A stretch of 64,000 bases of DNA from Chiloscyllium plagiosum (lineage: Eukaryota): assembly GCF_004010195.1 (NCBI RefSeq), contig NC_057719.1:56121297-56185296 (forward strand), in the 5' to 3' direction. The translations under genes were made by a program, and so were the position numbers. Below, one piece after another: positions 1 to 12,965 of this stretch (the stretch's first letter is position 1; each line of letters starts with the position of its first letter). The notes under the pieces were generated by a model. It worked only from the letters and a program-made list of their open reading frames with translations. It ran no database searches and had not been told where the DNA came from.

Positions 1-1017
1 ACGCTGTATCCAATAACAATGTTTCCAGTTTGGGTTTTGGAGTAGTAGACAGCAACCTATGGATCTGACGAATTATGAACATTAGTTGTAACAGTTTCAT
101 GCATCAGGTTAAAAGTTGTGTGTTCGCAGCTGGCCTCCTAACCAAGATACTAGTAGGAGAAATTTGGAATAAATCCAAAGTACCTCATTCTTACATCAGA
201 ATACACCAAGGCAGATGGTCATAATGCAATATCGAATATCCCAATTTCTTGGAAACTCTAAGGATCCAGATTAGAAACTTGTGAAAGGCTGCTGAGCCAT
301 AGATGAGCCTGTCCATTCTCCCTGACTGTGCCAGCTGAAATGGGTGAACAGAAATAAATACTTCTCACATAATCCAACCAAATCTGTGCAGAAAATAAAT
401 ACACATCTACATAAATAAGTTAATGAGCAAATTAAAACTTTCAGCAGACTGAATTATGCTTTGAATCTCTGATGAACACCCATGAAATATGAAAATATTG
501 CAGGATTAAAATTCAGTTTTTTTTAGAAATGCCACAATCTTGGCATAAAAAGGTCACAGCAGCATTAACGTTCTTTGCCTCAGCTCATTTTAATGTGGCT
601 GCAAGAAACATACAGGAACCTCACTCAGGAATCAATTTAATAATTTACATTTGGTTGGAATTGCTAGGGAACTCTGTCAGCTACGTCTAGCCAGCAATAC
701 TAATTTAGCTACATTTTGTATTCCAAATCTGTCTTTTCTTGAAGTAAAACCACCTCTGGGTTAACTATATAGAGAATTATTATTCAAATCAAATCAGCTG
801 TTAAAGGCATTTCTTAATAGTAGGTACCATATCAGAACTATTTTAAACTGGTAGATCACCATGGGTAACAAAATGTACCAAAATTTTAAGCCATGAATCC
901 AGAAGCAACAACACACTTTGGGGTTAATTTTGAGTTTGTCAATTGTGTAAAACTGGTAATGACAAAGTCGTAACATATCTTCCATCTGCACTGTTTTTCC
1001 TTAATTCTATTGAAATA

Positions 1018-1245
1018 CAGGTCATTCTGCTATAATGTGACAGTTGTGATCTTCTGTGACCCCGCATTATAAAAATTGTGCTATGGAAAAGCGCTATAGA
1101 AAATCGCACTATAGAAGATCATTAATTGAAAAATGCTCTACCCGTTCAGTAGAAAGTCTGCGTTATCTAAACAATGTCCACAATTCATCAATTGTGTTAC
1201 AACCAATTCGTGCTGATGAAACATGTGTTATAGCAGAACAGCCTG
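1018..1245. mobile_element. Tc1/mariner-superfamily (pogo/Tigger-like) MITE
   Basis: Left end CAGGTCATTCTGCTATAA; right end reverse-complements to CAGGCTGTTCTGCTATAA; TA on both sides (1016-1017, 1246-1247); no coding capacity. Confidence 0.85.
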
Positions 1246-1347
1246 TATGGAAAACAAACACAATCACTTTAAATGGATTTTTGTCTGCATCTGTTCTCCA
1301 AATGAGCTGGGAAAAGTAGTCAGTGGAAAACTGATATAGTGTCCATT

Positions 1348-1705
1348 CTCCGGGGCATGGTTAGGATAAATAGACAAAGTCTTTTCCCTGGTGTAGGCGA
1401 ATCCAGAGCTAGAGGACATAGGTTTAGGGTGAGAGGGGAAAGATACAAAAGAGACCTAAGGGGAAACTTTTTCACTCAGAGGGTGGTACGTGTATGGAAT
1501 GAGCTGCCAGAGGAAATGGTGGAGGCTGGTACAATTACAACATTTAAAAGGCATTTGGATGGGTCTATGAATAGGAAGGGTTTGGTGGGATATGGGCCAG
1601 TTGCTGGCAGGTGGGTCTAGATTGAGTTGGGATATCTGGTTGGCATGGACAAGTTGGACCGAAGGGTCTGTTTCCATGCTGTACATCCCTACAACTCTAC
1701 AACTC
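1348..1705 (+). mobile_element. CR1 (HER1-like) LINE 3' fragment
   Basis: ORF2 C-terminus RGHRFRV..FFTQRVVRVWNELPEE..FKRHLD, then the 3' UTR GGACCGAAGGGTCTGTTTCCATGCTGTA and a short repeat tail. Confidence 0.9.
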
Positions 1706-2667
1706 CTTATTTTTACAATAGCCAAAAGGACAGGTGATGATGCAGAGAATATCAGCATTTCCAGATCATAAACTATCAACAGAAAGAGAAACATTGTAAT
1801 GAACTATACCTACCAACCTAGGCACATTCTGATACAGATAGGCAAAATGAAAAATTGATACAGGGCATTTCATAACTCAAAAAGCAAACAAATATGAGAA
1901 TATTGGAGATGGTGTATGATGTGCTAAAGCAGAAGCTTAGAAAGTGAAGGACACTGATCAACCAGATAATAATCTCTGGGGTCCCGAAAAGACAAGTATT
2001 TCCACAGCATCAGAACCATATGAAGAACCTTCAAAGACTCTCTGAGGAGATTTCGAAACCAGTGGTAAAGCCGAATGTCATTGTTTATGGGATTGTCTCT
2101 ACAATGTGAACACTGGACTGAGAGGTTTCTCAGGAAATGTTAACAATGAAATACAGAACATGAGAGCTACTCAGCCTTGATTTATAATTCTAAGGCCAAA
2201 TTATAAAATGGCCACCAAGACTGTATATTCTAGTAGTTTTGTATCTACTGAAGTGTTCAGGTCTTCTGTGATGCTGAATTTAATTTTGAAGATGGTCTGC
2301 TTGTTCTACCTCCTCCCTTTCCTTCAAAACAAACAAATTACAGAGGAGAAGAAAAGCATTTCACGGTCTTAATTGTAAGGAAATTCCAGAAACAAAAAAA
2401 CCCATATCTACAGCAAATCTTCAAGGTAATCAGTGTTCTTACTAACTCAGCACATCGGCTTCCCCATCTCGTATACACAGACACCAGCTCACTCAATTTC
2501 TGGATGTTTTCCTCTGAAGGAAACTCATTTTATTTTCCCAGTCCTGACTGCTATGGACATTGCTATTAACCACACTCCTGCTTCCACATATGTTTTCTCT
2601 CTGAACTGAAACCTGTACACTACCTCTTCTTCCAAATTGTTTTAACCTTCTGCAATACTAGTGTCAT

Positions 2668-2680
2668 GTTGCTAGGCAAC
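2668..2680. promoter_or_regulatory. Candidate RFX X-box
   Basis: GTTGCTAGGCAAC, near-palindromic match to the RFX consensus, in non-repetitive DNA; motif match only. Confidence 0.3.
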
Positions 2681-2984
2681 AGCAGTTTCTATTTCTACAC
2701 TTCCTTCCTAGTGCACTGAAATGTTCACCTTAAGGATTTAAACAACCGTTAAAATTCATGCAAACAAATTTCTATATGCTCTTTCATCACTCACACATGC
2801 AAAACTTAAACTACAACTATGTCTTCTTCCACCTTCTAAACACAATATAGCATATAGATACACAAATCAACTTAAAGCTATGTATCATCTTTCCACTTTA
2901 GAACCCAATGTCTCATGCACTAATAATATATTATGAATGTCATCACAAAGAACATTGACCATGTATTTGATAATGAGGAATCGT

Positions 2985-3200
2985 ACACTTCATGAGGATA
3001 TCAATAGGCTGGTCAGGTGCATAGAAACTAACAAATGGAATTCAATCCCAAGAGGTGTATGGTAATATATTTGGCAAAGAGAAATGCACGAGAATACATG
3101 ATATAGTTTAATGAAAAGTGGAGAAGTGCAGAGGGATTTTAAAGTGCACATCTGCAGACCCCTGTTAGGTAGATTAATTGATTGAGGGAGCATATGGGAA
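2985..3200 (+). mobile_element. Degraded CR1 RT-region fragment
   Basis: Remnants of the LQEDINRL..QMEFNP..FG motif region shared with the other CR1 copies. Confidence 0.55.
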
Positions 3201-3836
3201 TCAGGACAGAATTGTCATATAGTCGAAACCTGTCATTAACATGTCCACTCTTTAGCTGGACCAAGCAAAATGAACACCTGTTTCATAATTCTGACAAAAT
3301 TTGTAAGTTAAATGTGACATAAGACTGCAAGATCATTTCTTCACATCACTGTTTGATCTCCTCAGAAAAGTGGCCAGCACTTATCTCTTTCCAGCCTGTT
3401 AGAATGAAGACTTTGCTCCCCTTTTTGAATCCTTGTGCTGTTTCAGTTCATTTTGGAACTGTGGCAATTAAATTGTAACTTTAAGTAAAAGCTTTTGTGA
3501 GCTGTCTGCCTTCAAATATCCAGGAAAATAACATAAGTGACTGGAATTATTGATTTTGGATTCCCCATACACTCAGATTTTGTCCAGCAATAATCTGCTG
3601 CATTTGTGAACAAACCATTGTCAAATACAAAGTTAATTATGTAGTGCAACCTCAAAACAATAAATGTGCATGTTGGACAAAGTCATATCAGAGGTAGTAA
3701 CATAACGAAAATCAAAGGAAGTGGGCAGAATCTTATAGTGTGTGAGTAATGTGGGATATGGTGAGATTTTTACCAGAATCAATCAATAAATCCAGCAAAG
3801 TTAAAAATCACACAACACCAGGTTTAATTGGAAGCA

Positions 3837-3871
3837 CACTATCTTTCGAAGTGTCGCTCCTTCATCAGGTG
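3837..3871 (-). ncRNA. Minimal hammerhead ribozyme motif (PLE)
   Basis: rc: cac CTGATGA aggagcgacacttc GAAA gata gtg; core boxes intact, stem II partly decayed. Confidence 0.65.
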
Positions 3872-4244
3872 GTAGTGGAGGGCTCAATCCTAACACACAG
3901 AATTTGTAGCAAAAATTTACAGTGTGATGTAACTGAAATTATACATTGAAAAATTCATTGTCTGTTAAGCCTTTCATCTGTTAGAATACCATGACAGTCT
4001 CACTTCTTTCATGTGTAAATCACAAAACCTTTTTTAAAAAGTTGCATTCTCAGATTATCTGTTAACAATGGTGATAGCTAGACAATATATTGAAGGTGTT
4101 AGTCCCCTGTGTTCTCTGTCTATGCCATGATGTTTAGATTGATTCTAATCTAAAAAGTGAGATAACGGAGTTTTACATGAATTCATGCAGTTTTTGAGCA
4201 AAGTACAGTGTAACCCTGCAAGTACAAATCCACCCCACAAAATA

Positions 4245-4515
4245 TATGTGTGCATATGGGTCTTTGTCTGACTGTGTGTGTGTATCTGTCTGGGTTAGGG
4301 GTTGTGAGTGTGAGAAAGTGTATGTGTGTGTGTAGTGAGTGAAGAGTGTCTTAGGTCTGTGAGGGGGTGCATGTGTGAGTGTGGGAGTTGTGTGTCTGTA
4401 AGGGTGTGTGTGGGTGTCTGTGTGCGCATCTGTGTAGATGTGTGTCTGTGTGTGTAGGAGTGCCTGTGTATGAGTGTGTGTGTGTGTAGGAGTATCTTGG
4501 TGTGCGCGTGTATAG
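4245..4515. repeat. Degenerate (TG)n microsatellite inside the PLE 3' UTR
   Basis: TG-rich run; explains the His/Thr-rich ORFs 4173-4520 and 4295-4558. Confidence 0.9.
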
Positions 4516-5229
4516 TGCAATGGTGGTCACCTGTAATGTGACATGAACCCAAGGTCACGGTTGAGGCCCTCCCTATGGATACCGAACTTAGCTATCAGCC
4601 TCTGCTCGGACACTTTTCTCTGCTGCCTGTCCCGAAGTCCACCTTGGAGGATGGTCACCCGAAGGTCCGAGGCTGAATGTCCTGGACCACTGAAGTGTTC
4701 CCCAACTGGGAGGGAACCCTCCTGTCTGTTGATTATTGTGCAGTGCCTATTCATCTGTTGTCATAGCCATTGTTCGGTTTCCCAAATGTACCATGCCTCA
4801 GGGCATCCTTGCCTGCAACGTAAAAGATAGACAACGTTGGCTGAGTCACATGAGTACCTGCCATGTACAAGGTGACCTGTTCTTCGTGACCTGCAACACA
4901 TTATCAATGAGGATTACCACCTCACCAAGACCTTCCCCAAACCTCCACTACTTGCCTTTAAACAAGCGCCAAACCTCAAACAAATCGTTGTTCGTAGCAA
5001 GCTGCCCGGCTCTCAGGACAACTCCTTACAACCCTGTCATGGTAGGTGCTGCAAGACGTGTCAGAGTGTGGACATAGATACCAGCATTATGCGTGGGGAC
5101 ACCTCCTACCTCTCTAACAGATGAAATGCTTACCAGACAATCAATTTTTCAATGTATAATTTCAGTTACATCACTCTGTAAATTTTTGCTATAACTTCTG
5201 TGTATTAGGATTGAGCCCTTCACTACCAT

Positions 5230-5258
5230 CTGATGAAGGAGCGATGCTCCGAAAGCTA
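5230..5258 (+). ncRNA. Minimal hammerhead ribozyme motif (PLE)
   Basis: CTGATGA a GGAGC gat GCTCC GAAA GCTA: perfect 5-bp stem II, palindromic AGCT, UA cleavage site. Confidence 0.75.
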
Positions 5259-6109
5259 GAATGCTTCCAATTAAACCTTTTGGACTATAACCTGGCATTG
5301 TGTGATATTTAACTTTGTACACCCCAGTCCAGCACCAGCATCTCCAAATCATAATTCCAGCAAGGCCTATTTCGACATTGTAACATCTCACTTTCACTTT
5401 TATTCTTTGACAAATGGCATGATGAGTTTCTTGCTAGGCAGCAGCAAGTTGATGATTAAAGGGGACCTTTTTTTACTTGCTAAGTGCCTTGTTGACTGCC
5501 CAACTTGACAATTCAAACTTCTCGCATTCAAAACACACCAGACAAGATAGATGTTGAGAAATCTGACATGGAAACTAGAGTGGATATCTGGCAAACTCAA
5601 CACGGATAATTGCTCCATAGGAGTGTTATCACAGCGGCCCTTCCATTGGGCACTGGCCACACATGCCTCATGCCCACAGATCTCTGAGAACTTTCATGGC
5701 ATATCTCCAATCCACCTACAGTACGCTTCTGTACATCAATACTGCACCTCAAGCCACATCTAAACTATCATTGCAATGCTGCAGTAAGGATACTGTACTC
5801 AGGGACAAGCATCCGTCTCACTGAAGATCCAAGTTGTATCTCCAAGCTCTGCATTTGCATCATAACGCTCAATGACTCCAAGTCCATCTGGGTGCTTACA
5901 ACATCCTTGTCTTGAATTGCCTTGCTTTATTCCACCTTGCCAGAGGTACCGGGCTCATATTACTGCTATTCTGCTGTCCTGGTAAGCAAACACAAAAAGG
6001 CAGCAGGGGCTTTAATCAAGTCCATGGCGGTAGTCATCACTCAAGAAATTCTGGTGCAATAAGTCAAGGACTGTCTCAGGACCCACTGCAGGGACTTGGT
6101 CAGTAAGCC

Positions 6110-6710
6110 ATTTGAGGCAGTCAGAGTCAGGAAGTTGTCTGCACAAGGGGTGAGGAGCTGAATGCTGGCTAGCCCAACAACCATCTTGCCTCTTTCTGTC
6201 CTATCTGGAGCTGCTTCCCTCCTGGAATGAGGCAGAGAGTCACATATTAATGGAGACAAAAATGGTGACACAGCTATTACTTTTGGTGCAGACAGGGATG
6301 TGTGCAGAGAGAGTGAGTAGACAGCACAGAGGGCATGCAGGATAAATACTGTCAGGAGGTAGGGGGGTTGACAGCAAGTGACGAAAATGTCACATATAAC
6401 ACAGAGTGGTACAGCATGAACCTTGTGGGGAAGTGGGTGCAGTAGCACAGATAAAGTGAGTGTGAGGTATTGGAGAAAAATGGTTGCACCTACATTGTTG
6501 GAGTGAAGAAGGTTATTAACCATCCTTCTGCTGTGTATTCCTCCAAATGGCTGAGACTGCTTTTACTCAGGTGGCAAACTTGGACCATGCTGGCATGGCC
6601 TCCAATGTTGGTCCTTGGGGAAGAGGACATTCTATGTCTGCACCACCCCACGTAGCTGGACTCCATGTCCCTGTCCACAAAGTGGAGCACTGATCTTCCC
6701 CTAATCAGGA
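6110..6710 (-). pseudogene. Harbinger Myb/SANT-like DNA-binding protein pseudogene (NAIF1/MSANTD-like), two exons
   Basis: Frameshifted translation RGRSVLHFVDRDMES..GVVQ..VLFPKDQHWRP..AWSKFAT*VKAVSAIWRNTQQ..MVNNLLHS; GT..AG intron 6493-6222; exon 2 EAAPDRTERGKMVVG..LLTP. Homologous to 33839-34460. Confidence 0.75.
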
Positions 6711-8887
6711 CAAATGTTAGGAACAATGCAGGGCATCTCCACACTGACAGTTCTTATCCGGATGCACAATGGCTTTGAAAGATGCAAGTGAATTCCAAAA
6801 TCTCCCCTAAGTGGTGAGCTGTTCTGAGGGGTGGAAGTAATGACATAGGGGTGGAGTAGCTAATCAATGAGGCGAATTGATAAGACCAGCAAGAAATCTC
6901 ATTAATCTCAATCCCTGCAATAATCTCAACGCAACTCAGACTTAGCCAAAAAACATAAGCTTCAGCTGTACACTTCTAGAAACCACATCATGACAGAAAT
7001 GATGATTATGATATTCATTAAGGATCATGGAACAATTAATAGTGCTGCCATTCTGTTCATTGAAAATAAGCCATTACTTACAAATCACTTAAGTTTCCTA
7101 CAGAATGATGAAAACTTGTGTAATTAATATATTTACATTTGAATGTATCACTTTCTTATGTTTAAAAAACCATTTATGAATGCCTATTAAATTCATAGTT
7201 GCCATCAATGACACCTATTTTTATCCAGTCAAGATTATACATTTCCATTTAGCGTTCATCAATATAGAGGAGACAGATGTGTAGGTTGTTCACAGTTTTT
7301 AATTACAATCTATATTCAATTAATTGTTCCAGTGTGTAAGTTTGTTCTATTCTCGAAAAAGTAAGTTGCAGTACTGCCAGGGAATCTACTTCTGCCACAG
7401 AATTTCTCCTATCACTCCGCCAATACGTTACAGATGTGATTGGCAAACCCATAGCAATGATTTTCTACCCTGCCAACCAAAAAGCAGGTATGTGAGCATT
7501 TAACATTGGGAAAGGATACACCCATCAATGTCCCGCACCCTACATGCAGTCTTGGTTTTAACTTACTCTTCAGAGGTGACTGCAAGGCCACCTGCCAGAA
7601 TCTACTGTGGACAGTGTAGTGAGGCTCCTGTGATGTTTTGGGGGTTTGATGCCATTTTAATCAGTACCCTGAGTTGGGAAGCAGTTGCTGCTAATACTAG
7701 CAGAAAGAAGAATTCAGACCACAAAAAAGCAAGTTTTGCTGAAACGACTTTCCCTACATGGGAGCCAGAGATAGCTGGAGTGCTCCTATGGGCTGTACAT
7801 TACTCCCAAATCCAGCCTCTTTCTTCTTGTCTTCTAGTTATCTATCATTGTATCAATGTGTTTACATATTCTTTTACAAAGTCAACATGAATTATCAGTA
7901 TTTTTAGCACACAAGTCATCAAAGTCTGACTTTGTTTTATGGATGAAAGATTGTCTGATTGCAGAGTATTCATTAGCTTTTTCTCCTGTTTAAAATACCT
8001 CCCAGGACTTCACTGGCCAGCACAAAATGATTAATAACCAGATACCAGCAATAATCCCATCTGCTCTCAACAGGTTCAAAATGGGAATTAAATCTACAGC
8101 TGAGATAAGTATTAACCATCACCATTTAGTGTACAATAAATGTCAGCTTTTAAAAAACTATTTGGCGATTACCTGTTACCATTAAGTTGCATTATTGAAA
8201 TAAATACTTCAGTGTTTTTCATTTAAAACATTTCACTATAATTTTATTCTCCATAAGGTAACAATAATTTCAAATAACACAGTCTAATCCTTTTTATTTA
8301 GTTTCATTAGAGTGAGTTTCTCCCATCCACTTATGAAATTCACTTATCTGACTTACAGAAACCAAATATATCAATCTAATTTATTGGATTTATTCAGGAG
8401 GGCAATAATCAGAATGAAAATGTTACATGATCAATTTACAAATTTGAAAAGGCTATAAGTCAATTTGGACAGGTGCATTAAAGAATTCTGTTTAATACAT
8501 CCTGAATTATTAAGCCAAATATTATTTACTGCAATATGAATTAAAAGTTATTGCATACATGAGGGTTACATATATTGCAGCAAATGATTACAGCCTTAAT
8601 CAATTGAACAAAGACAAAAGCCCAACATTGCAAGCTTCTTGTTACAATGAATTTGCTTCTGAGCTCCGTCAAAGGTTGCTATAATAAATAAACAGCTCAA
8701 AACCAAATAAGTTGCAGAAGAAATGATCATTGTTTTGCCAGTTCCTATAAAATCCAAGTTGAAAGTTTAGTTGAAATTTAAAATGCAGTTTTAATTGAAT
8801 TGGCATATATATACCAGTGATCACAATCATAACCAGAAGTCAATATACTGCCTTTCAATTGTTTTCAATATTTTATTGATTTACAGT

Positions 8888-9073
8888 CTTAGAGTCATTG
8901 AGATGTACAGCTCAGAAACAGACCCCTTCAGTCCAACTCTTCCATGCCAACCAGATATCACAATCCAATCTAGTCCCACCTAGCAGTACCCGGGCCATGT
9001 CCCTCCAAACCCTTCCTATTCATATACTCATCCAAATGCCTTTTAAATGTTGCAATTGTATCAGCCTCCACCA
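8888..9073 (-). mobile_element. CR1 LINE 3' fragment
   Basis: Reverse complement of the CR1 3' UTR seen at 1520-1700. Confidence 0.88.
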
Positions 9074-9444
9074 TTTAAGACTAAAAGATTAATTTTGGGG
9101 TTTTTTCATTAAACTGATGGCACAAAGTTACAGATCATGAGACAGGTCTTTTAAACAACCTGCCTCAGCACCTGGCAGGTTCTGTGAACCATGGTCCTTG
9201 AAGTACTCTCTGACCTTCCTCACCCACACAATACGAAAACCCAACCAAGAAAAAAACTCTGACTGCCTTGGCACTTTCTTCTGAGTTGGGTTTGTGGAGC
9301 TTAATATTTTCCTGACTTTGAATGAAAGTTTTAAGTTAAATCAGTACACATTTTAAACAATAGAATGATGCAAGTCTTTCTCCCTCTGATAAAAATAAAG
9401 CAATTCTGATAATTATCCATTGTATATCGGGCACATTTTCAATA

Positions 9445-9553
9445 ACCTTGTAGAATTTGCATATTTGCCTCCTTGAAAATACGCTTGAGGGCAAGTTGAA
9501 CATTCATGGATCAATTTGAACAGTCTTTTTTTTAACATTTGATGGCTGAGGCA
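9445..9553 (+). repeat. 109-bp direct repeat, copy 1 (source)
   Basis: Identical to 11695-11803 except one base (9460 C vs 11710 A). Confidence 0.95.
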
Positions 9554-11131
9554 TTCAGGCCACATTCCTACATTCATCTGTATTGAGATCTGCACTATTT
9601 TATTAATTGGTACTCAATTTAACTTCATTCATGAGCTATGCACATGTTCCATTGGTGGCCTATCCCATTGATTTTGTGGTCAGTCCAATGCACAGTTAAA
9701 GAGGGATTACCCTCTAAATAAGGTGGCACTCACTCCTATGTGATGATTGGGAAGATTTGGAGAGCAACATGTCAGAAATAACAGTAGCTCATTTCTCAGA
9801 CACACAATTCCTATAGATGGAAGAGGGGTAGTGAATACAGCCAGATCCGAGCCCATTCTGAGATCAGAAAGCTGTCATAGACTATAGCAAATCTAGAGGA
9901 AAGTAGCAATGTCAATACTCACATTATCACTCAAATGAAGACAAATACTGCAGAAGCTGAAAATATGAAACAAACATAGTATTGTCCAGCATTGTCATTG
10001 TTTGCTGTCATTGTGTCACTACCTGGTTTCAGTTCCACAAACCTTTTAATTACATGATATAGAAAGTAAAGTTGAGTATCATTTCTTCACAACTTTATTT
10101 CCCTACAACGGACCTTGCACAGTAAATCACAGCTGAGCGTTTCAAATACCAACCTTCACCACTCTACATATTCTAGCTATGTTAACTCTCCCCATTTGCG
10201 GCATAATCTCGATCTTGCTGGTCTCACAGTAGGCTCTGGCCTACATTGTCATAAAGGCTGTGGATAGGACATGAATATGACTGCAATCATTACAATCTCC
10301 TGCAATCCACCCTCCCACACATCAAGACTGATGAGCCAGTGCACTCTCATAATGGTGTAATGGAAGCAGCTTATTTTGTCCCCTTTCAGAATGACAACCA
10401 CAACCTTCCTTATAAGATTCACCACCAATACCATTCATAATAAGAGCAAACTAGCTGGGATGGACTGCCACATCAAAAGCTGACATGACACAGTCTGTTC
10501 TCTCAAGCTTGACGTCTTTGAAAAATTGACCACAGCACCTTAAACATATTTAATGAAGTATCAACTTCGTGTTGGTGGGTGGCCTCTAGGTCATCTGAGC
10601 TTCAGTAGTTTTCTGCTGATTCCCTGTCATTCCTAACACCATGTTGTCTAATACTATGTTAAAGAGACCTTGGTTGTAACAATACAGATTAGTTATTGCA
10701 ACTCGATCACAAAATGATAGAATCAAAGCAAAACGTTAAATAAGCAGGTAATTCAATTAAGCACTGACAAACTTCCCACCAAATACTGCAGCAGAAAATG
10801 CAGAGCGGATCATCTCCCCAGAAATGGCTGGGGTCAAGGGAGGGGAACGAGTGGAGAGTTCAAACTTGAGTTTGAATTTCTTACACCTTAACATCGTTTC
10901 AAAAGAATTGGGTGGATGAAGGCGGTGGAATAGTTATCTTTGTTAGGAAAGGAATAAAGGCATTGGAACAACTGGGTATAATGGATTGAGAGCTCATCAG
11001 CAATAGAAGAGAGCTTCTCATGTTGGACCACTGAGTCAAAAGAGGGAAACTGTGTTACAGTCATGTTATCAAAGCAGCCAATGAGGTGTTGATAGTGGTG
11101 ATGAGGTATATTAATTACTGACCAATAAGGT

Positions 11132-11945
11132 GAGTTGAAAAGTGTGGCAGTGGAAAAGCACAGCAGGTCAGATAACATCCAAGGAGCCGAAGAATCAATG
11201 TGTTAGGCTTAAGCCCTGCATCAGGAATGTGCAAGGGGAAGGGGGATAAGAGATAAGTAGAATAGTGAGGGTGAGGCTGGGGGCAAGATAGCTGGGAAGG
11301 TGATGGCTGATCCAGGTGGGGGGTAATTGTGATTGGGAAGGGTAAAGCAGATGAATGGGAAGGAAGATGGACAGGTAACACAGATCAAGAGGGCTGTGCC
11401 AAGTTGGAAGGTTGGATCTGGGATGAGGTGGGAGAGGGGAGATGAGAAAACTGGTGAAGTCGACGTTGATGCTGTGTAGTTGGAGGGTCCAAAGTTGGAT
11501 GATTCTAGCATTCTTCCTCCAGGCTTTGGATGGCTTGGATTTGGTGGTGGAAGAGGCCCAGGATTTACAAGTCCTTGGGGGAGTGGGAGGGGGAGTTGAA
11601 GTGTTCGCCCACAGATTAGTGGGGTTGTTTGATGCGTGTCCCCAAGATATTCCCTGAAAAGCTCCACGAATTGGCATCTTGTCTCCCAGAGATTACCTTG
11701 TAGAATTTGAATATTTGCCTCCTTGAAAATACGCTTGAGGGCAAGTTGAACATTCATGGATCAATTTGAACAGTCTTTTTTTTAACATTTGATGGCTGAG
11801 GCACGGAGGGAATGGTCTCTGTGGAACAGAGATATAGGGAAATATATCTCTGGTGGTGGGTTCTGATTATAGGTGGTGTAAATGGTGGAGGATAATGCAC
11901 TGTATGCTGTAGGTAGTGATTTTTCTGGTCAGGTCCAAACAAGGG
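11132..11945 (-). mobile_element. Penelope-like element family 2, degraded 3' part
   Basis: Homologous to 44400-44940 (3' UTR GGAAAAGCACAGCAGGTCAG; GIY-YIG C-terminus ..LEEE...F.L.TLQ..IN.DF); decayed hammerhead at ~11197-11224. Confidence 0.85.
11695..11803 (+). repeat. 109-bp direct repeat, copy 2, embedded in a PLE
   Basis: 108/109 identical to 9445-9553; PLE sequence on both sides. Confidence 0.95.
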
Positions 11946-12629
11946 TGAAACACTGCAGGTAAGAGGCCATTTACATGTGCAATCAACAATTGCTTCTTCA
12001 TCCAGCTCACAAGAGCAACTAGTGTAAGGCATGACGTTGTGGATCCTGTACTTACTGATTAGTCACACACAACAGAGAGGTCTAGGCTCCTTGCTAATTC
12101 ACACCATAACCCATCAGAAGAATTAAATTATGTGACTGTAGTAAATTCAGAAATTATGCTGACACCTCATTTTTTAAAGATCTGGGGAGCAAGTTTCAAT
12201 TGCGCTGTCTGGGGGTAAACTGGCAAAGTGAGTCACTTGCCCATTATAACATCTGGACACTTTCACTTACACAGGTTTTGTTAGAAATGAAATCAGGCAT
12301 GTTGCATTAGTGATTAGCACCAGGAAATCTGTTATAACCCAACAAATAAAATAAAATACAAGGAAAAGTACTCATTATTTGAGTTCTGACCAATTCAGTC
12401 CAGAGAAACTCCTGAGTCCAATCACTCTCTCTCTCTTTTGGAAGAAATTAGCACTGGATTCCCCCACAGAAACAGTTTCAGAGAAAAGTTATCCAAAGAC
12501 CAAGAATTATGACAATTGTAAGATTCACTATGATTTACGGAATCCAAGAAATTAACTAATCATCATCATCTCAGGTTTAAACTTTACGCCTCAAACAATC
12601 CAAACTATATTTCTTTGCATTGACACCAT

Positions 12630-12790
12630 TATCGTGTGTGTCATGGGATGTAGGTATCACTGACTTGGCCAATATTTATTGCACATGCCTAATTACCCAA
12701 AAGCAGATTTCCTTCTCTAAAGTATATTAGTGAACTAGATGAGTTTATAACAACAATTTATAGTGATGGCACAGTCACTATTAGATTACC
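12630..12790 (-). mobile_element. SINE fragment sharing its 3' tail with LINE family B
   Basis: Similar to 34905-35150 (ATTTATTGCxCATxCCTAATT..TTTCCTTCxCTAAAG..ATTAGTGAA). Confidence 0.65.
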
Positions 12791-12791
12791 A

Positions 12792-12965
12792 TCCTGTCTC
12801 CCAGAGACCACATTGAGAGCAACAGACACAGATGAGGTGGGTGGATGTGCAGAAAATCTCTGCTGGATTTAAAAAAGAACCTTTGGGCCTACGACGGAGG
12901 TAAGGGTGGAGATGTGGGCGCAGGTTTTACACCTCGTGGCAACAAGGGAAGGTGTTGGTGTGGAG
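12792..12965 (-). mobile_element. PLE family 2 internal (GIY-YIG) fragment
   Basis: Aligns by eye to 44932-45115. Confidence 0.7.

Larger units (their letters stand above)
3799..5350 (-). mobile_element. Penelope-like element family 1, rearranged, with inverted 3' ends
   Basis: Minus-strand GIY-YIG C-terminus (PVGEHFSGPGHS..EQRLIAKFG..GLNRD, 4527-4754); inverted + strand linker (PPLLAFKQAPNLKQIVVRSKLP..CHGRCCKTC, 4875-5110); 3799-3985 is an inverted copy of 5113-5315; TSD ATAAATCCAGCAA/ATAATTCCAGCAA (3786-3798/5351-5363). Confidence 0.92.
3723..6968 (-). mobile_element. PIF/Harbinger DNA transposon remnant A (interrupted by the PLE at 3799-5350)
   Basis: Contains a Myb/SANT pseudogene (6110-6710). 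Putative degenerate TIRs GGGCAGAATCTTA (3723) and CAGCTGAAGCTTA (rc, 6968) match 9/13. Outer limits tentative. Confidence 0.5.

Noticed and set aside
1900..2140. Possible CR1 ORF1 esterase remnant (QKLRK..IIISG)
   Set aside because: Similarity too weak to support without a profile search.
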